A DNA stretch of 64,000 bases from an uncultured Lachnobacterium sp. (GTDB lineage: Bacteria > Bacillota > Clostridia > Lachnospirales > Lachnospiraceae), in NCBI GenBank assembly GCA_964449855.1, contig CAYVGA010000001.1:7348-71347 (forward strand), written 5' to 3'. Shown here in pieces: positions 57,336-64,000 of the stretch (position 1 is the first letter of the stretch; each line of letters opens with the position of its first letter). The position numbers were made by a program, and so were the translations under genes. The notes under the pieces were generated by a model. The model saw only the letters and a list, made by a program, of their open reading frames with translations, did not search any database and was not told the origin of the DNA.

Positions 57336-59336
57336 TTACTCCTGTATCCTTGCTTCATCCACATACCGGAAAAAATCATCATTCAAAATCCCCGCTGAAT
57401 ATCGAAACAGCATTTTTACATAACTTTTCATACTTGAAATGTATTCTTCGGAGACCTCTTCACCTGTTCGGGAAACCACAGATCCTTCTTTTGCATCATA
57501 AATAACACTGTCTGTAATAAAACTGCGGTTTGCAAAAACAACCAAAGATGGTGCGTCGGAAAGCATATCCTTGCCGGGAAACAATCTTGAATCGTATTCA
57601 AATCCAAAGAGATTCAAAAGTGTTGGCATGAGATCCAAAGCACTACAGGTCTTTTCTACCGAAATGGGTTCCATCTGGCTGTTCCAGATAATCACACAGT
57701 TCTTATATTTTTCAAGTGTTCCCAGTTCTCTTCCAACAAATTCATTAATTTTAGAATCTTCCATACCATATGGATAGTGATCCGCACTTAAGGCAATCAC
57801 GGTTTTATCTAATTTTCCAGCTTTTTCCAGTTCTTCAATCAGATAGGTGAGTGCTTTTTCCAGCTCATAATTGCAGGCAATATAGGCTTTCATTTCTTCG
57901 GAACAATCCAAGTCTTTTACCACTTCCCAGTTTTTCTGAGACATGCTGTTTCCTTCTCGTGTATACAAAGAATGTCCGGATACGGTCATATAATATGCAT
58001 GAAAACGCTCTTCCCCTATCCACTCCGGAATCGTAGCTACCATCATTTCGTAATCCGAAGCCGGCCACTGGTTCGCACCTTCCATTTGGAAAATCTGACT
58101 ACCATATGTACTGGCTGAACAGGAACCAAGCCTTGCTGCCTTAAAATCATATCCTAAGTTTGGATGTGAAAGATGTCTGTCATAATAAGACAACGAATTA
58201 TTGTGATATGCATAACTTTTTACACCTTCTGCCGCAAAATACGCTGGTAATGAATACGGCTGTGCATTGTACTGGGTTCGTTTCATACTAAACTGCTCAT
58301 CCGGAATCTGGCCGGTCAGATTCACATATTCCCCGTCACTCGTACTAGTCGCCCACCATGGTATATAATAATCTTCTACCACAACACCACCATGCAGCAT
58401 TTTATATAAAGTTGGTGTCAGTTCCTCACTGACTACATATGGTGAAAATGCCTCTGCAGTTAAATAAATCAGATTATATCCTTCGAACATTCCTGTATAT
58501 TCATTTTTGTTAGAAGGTGTTAATGAATTCATAATTTCTGCAAGCTTTTGGATATCTTCATCATCGCTGGAGAGCAGCGTCTCCATATCAATGTTCAATA
58601 CATTTGGCGATGTATCAAATACAGGTTCTGCTATACTTTCTGTCGATTGCTCTGTTTCTGCCTCTTCCTCTATTGTGATGGAACCCAATTCGCTAAAATC
58701 CATCTCTTGCTCTGGTAATAAATCACCTAAAAACTGTCGCTCAAATAATGGCAATACACCAAATTTCTGTGCCACTATTTCCGGGTCATACATTTCCTGA
58801 TATGCTTGATACTCTTCTGTTTCCCTTGCATACCCAAACATAAGCAGCAATGCCGACAATGTAATCCCAATCACACTATAAGAAATCATTGCTGCTGTCT
58901 CAAGCTTCTTTAAAGGCAACACACACAGTTTCTTTTTTTGAAACAAAATACCTGCTAAAAACAGCGGCACTGCCAAAAGCAGCAGCCAGGGAATTGATTT
59001 TATAATTCCGTCCAATGCCACCTGCCAAAAATCCGTAAGTGCTGCTGCACCTGCATTTACCACAGCATCTAACAACAGTGGTTTCTTAAATATGTAATAA
59101 TACACGATCTGACTGGCAAATATAAAATAATTCACACCGGAACACAGCCAGTACAGCACTTTATTGCCTGTTTTTTTCTTTGGAAGACCAATAAGCAATG
59201 TCTCTACAGAAGAAAGAAACACGGCACCGACAAGCAAAAGCCCTGGCTGAATCTCCGCCATCCCAAAAGAACCTACATGGTAAACACCCTCCATATATAA
59301 TAGGGATACTATCAAATACACAAAAATCCTGTTCAT
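57336..59336 (-). CDS. LTA synthase family / sulfatase-like membrane protein
   Basis: About 5 N-terminal TMs; NLIYLTAEAF, STSDGE, TVSGH and SADHYPY metal-site motifs. Confidence 0.85.
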   Translation of the reverse strand: MNRIFVYLIVSLLYMEGVYHVGSFGMAEIQPGLLLVGAVFLSSVETLLIGLPKKKTGNKVLYWLCSGVNYFIFASQIVYYYIFKKPLLLDAVVNAGAAALTDFWQVALDGIIKSIPWLLLLAVPLFLAGILFQKKKLCVLPLKKLETAAMISYSVIGITLSALLLMFGYARETEEYQAYQEMYDPEIVAQKFGVLPLFERQFLGDLLPEQEMDFSELGSITIEEEAETEQSTESIAEPVFDTSPNVLNIDMETLLSSDDEDIQKLAEIMNSLTPSNKNEYTGMFEGYNLIYLTAEAFSPYVVSEELTPTLYKMLHGGVVVEDYYIPWWATSTSDGEYVNLTGQIPDEQFSMKRTQYNAQPYSLPAYFAAEGVKSYAYHNNSLSYYDRHLSHPNLGYDFKAARLGSCSASTYGSQIFQMEGANQWPASDYEMMVATIPEWIGEERFHAYYMTVSGHSLYTREGNSMSQKNWEVVKDLDCSEEMKAYIACNYELEKALTYLIEELEKAGKLDKTVIALSADHYPYGMEDSKINEFVGRELGTLEKYKNCVIIWNSQMEPISVEKTCSALDLMPTLLNLFGFEYDSRLFPGKDMLSDAPSLVVFANRSFITDSVIYDAKEGSVVSRTGEEVSEEYISSMKSYVKMLFRYSAGILNDDFFRYVDEARIQE

Positions 59337-59588
59337 AACAACCTCTTTCTAACAAATAGTATAGTTCCTACTATAATCCTATTCGACAGTCTTTGCAAGC
59401 TATCGACAAAATTCAACATATAACAATTTAGACATGACACCCAGCATTTTACTTTTTTGCCATCAGTTTTCGTTGAATTTCGTTCCAAAAAATTTGTACA
59501 AGATTTTAAAATGTGATATACTTAAGCTTAGTTTTTGATGTGAGAACTCGCATTCAAACAACAGCGAATTAAGAAATGAGGCGATTTT

Positions 59589-61049
59589 ATGAAAATTGGT
59601 TTTGACAACGAAAAATATTTAAAAATGCAATCTGAACATATTATGGAACGCATTACAAAGTTTGATAATAAACTTTATTTGGAGTTTGGTGGAAAATTGT
59701 TCGACGATTACCATGCAGCACGTGTTCTTCCGGGTTTTGAAGCTGACAGCAAATTACAGCTTCTTTTAGAGCTTTCGGAACAGGCTGAAATCGTTATGGT
59801 TGTAAATGTAGAAGATATTATCAAAAATAAAATTCGTGAAGACTTAGGTATTACTTATGACGATGACGTTGTACGTTTGATTGATGCATTCCGTAGAAAA
59901 GGTCTTTATGTCGGCAGTGTTGTTTTGACCATGTATAAACAGCACCATGCACTGACCCATTTCCAAAAACGTTTAGAATCTCTTGGCGTAAAAGTATACC
60001 ATCATTTTGCTATTTCCGGATATCCTACCAATGTCAGCCAGATTGTATGTGACGATGGTTTTGGCCGAAATGATTATATTGAAACCAGCAGACCTCTGGT
60101 TGTCATAACAGCACCGGGTCCGGGCAGCGGAAAAATGGCTACTTGTCTTTCCCAGCTTTACCATGAACATAAACGCGGTGTACGTGCAGGCTATGCGAAA
60201 TTCGAAACATTCCCTATCTGGAATCTTCCACTTGACCATACGGTGAACTTAGCGTACGAGGCTGCAACCGCAGATTTGAACGATATTAATATGATTGACC
60301 CATATCATATGAAAGCATATGGAGTAACCACGGTAAATTATAATCGCGACGTAGAAATTTTCCCTGTACTCAATGCTATTTTTATGAAAATTTATGGCAA
60401 AAGCCCATATGCATCTCCAACAGACATGGGTGTAAACATGGTTGGAAACAGCATCGTAGACGATGAAGCCTGCCGTGAAGCTTCCCGCCAGGAAATCATC
60501 CGCAGATACTTTAAAGCCTTGGTAGGTGTTGCTGATGGTACACGTACCGAAGAAGAGTTGAACAAATTAGAACTTTTGATGCAGCAGGAAGAATTACTGC
60601 CAACCGACCGCCATGTCGTACCTCCTGCAAGAAGCCGTGCAGATGCCAGCGGTGCCGCAGCTGCAGCCATCCAATTACACGACGGACGCATCGTAACCGG
60701 ACAGGCTGGAGAACTCCTTGGCTCAAGTGCCGCAGTTCTGATGAATGCTATCAAGGATCTTGCCGGCATTCCGCATAAGGAACTCATTCTCTCGCCGGAA
60801 TCCATTGCTCCTATTCAGGCTTTAAAAACCCAGTATTTAGGCAGCAAAAACCCTAGACTTCATACCGACGAAGTGCTTATTGCTTTATCTGCTACCGCTG
60901 CGAATAATGAACGTGCCGCACTCGCATTGGCACAGCTTCCAAAACTGCGTGGCTGCCAGATGCATTCTACCGTTATGATGCCGGGTGTAGATTTGAAAAC
61001 ATTCAAAAAGCTCATGTGTGAAGTCACATGTGATGCGAAAACGGAATAA
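59589..61049 (+). CDS. DUF1846 family protein (P-loop)
   Basis: MKIGFDNEKY, LYLEFGGKLFDDYHAARVLPGF and TAPGPGSGKMATCLSQ. Confidence 0.9.
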   Translation: MKIGFDNEKYLKMQSEHIMERITKFDNKLYLEFGGKLFDDYHAARVLPGFEADSKLQLLLELSEQAEIVMVVNVEDIIKNKIREDLGITYDDDVVRLIDAFRRKGLYVGSVVLTMYKQHHALTHFQKRLESLGVKVYHHFAISGYPTNVSQIVCDDGFGRNDYIETSRPLVVITAPGPGSGKMATCLSQLYHEHKRGVRAGYAKFETFPIWNLPLDHTVNLAYEAATADLNDINMIDPYHMKAYGVTTVNYNRDVEIFPVLNAIFMKIYGKSPYASPTDMGVNMVGNSIVDDEACREASRQEIIRRYFKALVGVADGTRTEEELNKLELLMQQEELLPTDRHVVPPARSRADASGAAAAAIQLHDGRIVTGQAGELLGSSAAVLMNAIKDLAGIPHKELILSPESIAPIQALKTQYLGSKNPRLHTDEVLIALSATAANNERAALALAQLPKLRGCQMHSTVMMPGVDLKTFKKLMCEVTCDAKTE

Positions 61050-61072
61050 ATATTCAAAACGTGAATAATTAC

Positions 61073-61129
61073 AAACCCTCTATATATGTTTTCCCAATAC
61101 TTTGAATGAAAACATACCTAGAGGGTTTT
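61073..61129. terminator. Long stem-loop between convergent genes
   Basis: AAACCCTCTA...TAGAGGGTTT; a second hairpin lies at ~61166-61199. Confidence 0.65.
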
Positions 61130-61215
61130 CTTTCTACAAATTTTCTGATGTTAACAAAAAACGAAAGAGGATATCTCTCAAATTTGAAAAATATCCTCTC
61201 ATTATTCAATCGTAA

Positions 61216-62901
61216 TTACATCGCCAATACCTCATCTGCGATTCCCATCGTAGACTTTCTATGGGAAACCAAAAGAATCGTCTTATCTTTCTTTTCCTGT
61301 TCCAAACTTCGAAGTATCATGCCTTCATTTAAGCTGTCAATATTGCTGGTGGGCTCATCTAAGAAAATCATTTTGCTGTCATGCAGAAATGCTCGTGCAA
61401 TTCCGATTCTCTGTTTCTCTCCGCCTGAAATAGAATCACCAAGCTCTGCGAGCTTTGTATCATAGCCATCCGGTGTCGACATGATAAAGTCATGAATGGA
61501 AGCTTTCTTTGCTGCCTCAATGATTTCTTCACGTGTGGCATCGGCTTTTGCTACGCGGATATTGTTTTCAATGGTATCTGTGAATAAAAATGTTTCCTGT
61601 GTGACATAGGAAATATTGTTTCGCAGTGCTTTGGTCCGGATGCTGTTTACATTGTCCTTGCCATAGGAAATCCTTCCGGCATCGGTTTCATAGAAGCGCA
61701 TCAAAAGTTTCAGGAGTGTGGATTTTCCACAGCCGCTTTTGCCAAGGATTCCGTGAATCTTGTTTTCTGAGAAAGAGGCCGTGAAATCCTTCAGTATCTG
61801 AATTTCATTTTCTGCAAAAGCTACAGTAGAATTAGAATCCTTATAAGAGAATGTTACGTTTTCACAGCAAATATCTCCTGCGACAGCTTCTATTCCTTCT
61901 TCTACATCTTCTACAACCGGTACTTCTTCTAAAATATCCAGTACGCGATTTCCGGAAGCAAGTGTGTGATGCAGGTTATTGGATAGTGCAGACAAGGCTG
62001 CAGTCGGTCCAAAAGAACTCGTCATTGCAATTACGGCGATAAGTGCATCTGCACCGCTTACCAATCCCGCATTTACAAGATAGCCGCCAAGGATTGCCAT
62101 CGCAATGCCGGCAAATAAAATTACCCCATCTGTAATTACATGCTGTGCATTTTCATCCTTTTTCAACATGCCTGTGATATTGCCTAAATCGTTTGTACGC
62201 TCCTGCAAATTGTGAAGGCGTACTTCTTCCTGTGCATACTCAAGAATCTCCTCTAAGCCGTACAGATTATCCAACACGCAGGTGTTTAGCTCACCAAACG
62301 AATTGCGGTACTGCTGCCCCTTTGCACCGCCCATCTTTCCGTTTACCAGAGGAATGACCGCACCTACAAGAAGATAAAAAACAAACCCCAATACACCATA
62401 TCCCACATGCAGATTTCCTAAAAAGCACACCATCAAAACAGAAGTAATCACCGCTATTGCAATCGGCGAAATGGTATGTGCATAAAACACTTCTAATAAT
62501 TCAATGTCACTGGTAATGATGGAAATCAGATTCCCTTTTTCACTGCCATCCAATTTTGCCGGTGCAAGTCTTCTTAACGCTGCAAACACCTTATGACGGA
62601 TACGTGCCAAAAGTTTAAATGCAATAAAATGATTGCAGGCCTGTTCCGCATAACGCAAAATACCACGAAGCAGAGCAAACGCAACCAAAAGCGTAAAAAT
62701 CAAACTTACATTTACACCTTCTTTTGCCCCAAAGATACCAAGGAAACCATAACCGCCAAGAATTGTAATAAATGTCGCCATCAGATTGCCTATACAGCCC
62801 ATCAGAATCGCAAGGAACATATAACCAAGCAGTGGCGTAATCATACCTATAAGACCGGCCATAACCTGAATACCGCTTCTTCTTTTTTTATTTACATTCA
62901 T
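61216..62901 (-). CDS. CydC-like heterodimeric ABC exporter subunit (TMD + ATPase)
   Basis: DIELLEVFYAHT, GKSGCGKST, ISGGEKQR and LDEPT; ATG 62901 with AGGAGG RBS. Confidence 0.9.
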   Translation of the reverse strand: MNVNKKRRSGIQVMAGLIGMITPLLGYMFLAILMGCIGNLMATFITILGGYGFLGIFGAKEGVNVSLIFTLLVAFALLRGILRYAEQACNHFIAFKLLARIRHKVFAALRRLAPAKLDGSEKGNLISIITSDIELLEVFYAHTISPIAIAVITSVLMVCFLGNLHVGYGVLGFVFYLLVGAVIPLVNGKMGGAKGQQYRNSFGELNTCVLDNLYGLEEILEYAQEEVRLHNLQERTNDLGNITGMLKKDENAQHVITDGVILFAGIAMAILGGYLVNAGLVSGADALIAVIAMTSSFGPTAALSALSNNLHHTLASGNRVLDILEEVPVVEDVEEGIEAVAGDICCENVTFSYKDSNSTVAFAENEIQILKDFTASFSENKIHGILGKSGCGKSTLLKLLMRFYETDAGRISYGKDNVNSIRTKALRNNISYVTQETFLFTDTIENNIRVAKADATREEIIEAAKKASIHDFIMSTPDGYDTKLAELGDSISGGEKQRIGIARAFLHDSKMIFLDEPTSNIDSLNEGMILRSLEQEKKDKTILLVSHRKSTMGIADEVLAM

Positions 62902-64000
62902 CGCCTGCCTCCTTTTCTTTCTGAAGATTTTCAGAGTGTTTCTGCTCTTCACATAATTCCGCTTGGCTCTTTCTCTTCTGCATTCCAGCTTTTTTTTGAT
63001 TGCCATGCATCATTGGCTTTTCACTCGATTCTACATAATGTCCATATCGCTCCAATTCCTGCTGTGCCAGATAGAGTCTGCTGTAAGTTTCCCCCTTTTC
63101 CAGCAACGTTTCGTGTGTTCCGCTTTCCACGATTTCCCCTTTTTCTACCACATAAATCCGGTCCGCATGTGCTACATTTGCCAGACGGTGTGAAATTAGA
63201 AGTACTAATTTCTCTTTTGCAAGATTCTGCACTACCTGCATAATCTTATCTTCACTTTCCACATCAATGTTCGAGGTCGCTTCATCAAAAATGTATATAT
63301 CACTGTCATGCAGAATGGCACGTGCCAAAACAAGTCTCTGCTTCTGTCCTCCGGAAAGGTTGGACGCTTTCTCTTCGATCGGCATTTCCAGACCACCTTT
63401 TTCCATAATCGTGTCGTAAAGATCAACCTGGCGAAGTGCTTCATACATGGCACTCTTTAATCCCTCACAACTCGTTACACTTTCATTCCAATCTGTTTTA
63501 TTCCCTGCAAAAGGCTCCGCATTTTGCACAAATGTCTGCTGATTTCCACATTCCTTGATGCCATAGTGCTTTTCCAGCACATCCTTAGGAATTCCCATGA
63601 GCAGATTCTCAAACACCGTACCTTTAAAAAGATAACTATCATGTCTTACTCTCGTGATTTTCCGGTAAAGCGCCTCACGTGCAAGCTCATTTATATTTTT
63701 TCCACCAATGGACACCTGTCCTGCATCTGCTTCATAATCCCCCATAATCAGTGACGCTATCGTACTTTTTCCACAGCCGGATTCTCCAACCAAAGCCACA
63801 AAACTATGTGCAGGAATCTGCATGGACACATCTTTCAAAATCTGTTTATCCGGTGTATACCCAAAGTTTACATTCGCAAATACAATCTCATCACCTGGAA
63901 TTTCCGTTACCGTTCCCTGCTCCCGTTCCGGCGCATCCAGCAAACGGAAAATCTTATCTGCTGCCGCATTTCCATTCATTGCGATATGGAAAAACGAACC
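62888..64000 (-). CDS. CydD-like ABC exporter subunit; 3' part only, runs off right edge
   Basis: GSFFHIAMNG at the edge; GESGCGKST, LSGGQKQR and FDEATS. Confidence 0.9.
   Translation of the reverse strand, partial: GSFFHIAMNGNAAADKIFRLLDAPEREQGTVTEIPGDEIVFANVNFGYTPDKQILKDVSMQIPAHSFVALVGESGCGKSTIASLIMGDYEADAGQVSIGGKNINELAREALYRKITRVRHDSYLFKGTVFENLLMGIPKDVLEKHYGIKECGNQQTFVQNAEPFAGNKTDWNESVTSCEGLKSAMYEALRQVDLYDTIMEKGGLEMPIEEKASNLSGGQKQRLVLARAILHDSDIYIFDEATSNIDVESEDKIMQVVQNLAKEKLVLLISHRLANVAHADRIYVVEKGEIVESGTHETLLEKGETYSRLYLAQQELERYGHYVESSEKPMMHGNQKKAGMQKRKSQAELCEEQKHSENLQKEKEAGDECK

Overview
64 kb of a low-GC Firmicute chromosome, most likely Lachnospiraceae/Clostridia (inferred from gene content, sporulation genes and RBS style). 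Most genes lie on the minus strand. The first ~19.9 kb is a visibly more AT-rich, operon-like type VII secretion (T7SSb) locus. It holds an EssC-type FtsK/SpoIIIE ATPase truncated by the left edge (absent from the ORF track), a YukD/EsaB ubiquitin-like protein, a TadZ/CpaE-like ATPase, two FHA proteins, a 3402-aa membrane-anchored Ig-repeat protein, a small membrane protein, an intact Ser/Thr kinase, a PP2C phosphatase and a divergent XRE regulator. Two of these proteins carry arrays of acidic T-x-x-L motifs, suggesting a threonine-phosphorylation switch controlling the T7SS; this is the best candidate for an undescribed system. The remainder is mostly ordinary chromosome: MCP, FliB, AKR, hybrid HK/RR, MoxR-DUF58-transglutaminase, a GH2/GH3 sugar locus, asnA, glgP, spoVAD/E, apt, tsaA and ABC transporters. 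Notable non-coding signals are a four-copy TGTGTCT-N21-AGACACA array, a DnaA-box cluster abutting a sigG-type promoter, and dispersed REP-like palindromes. No rRNA, tRNA, CRISPR array or transposase was recognised. All calls come from manual motif reading, with no database searches.
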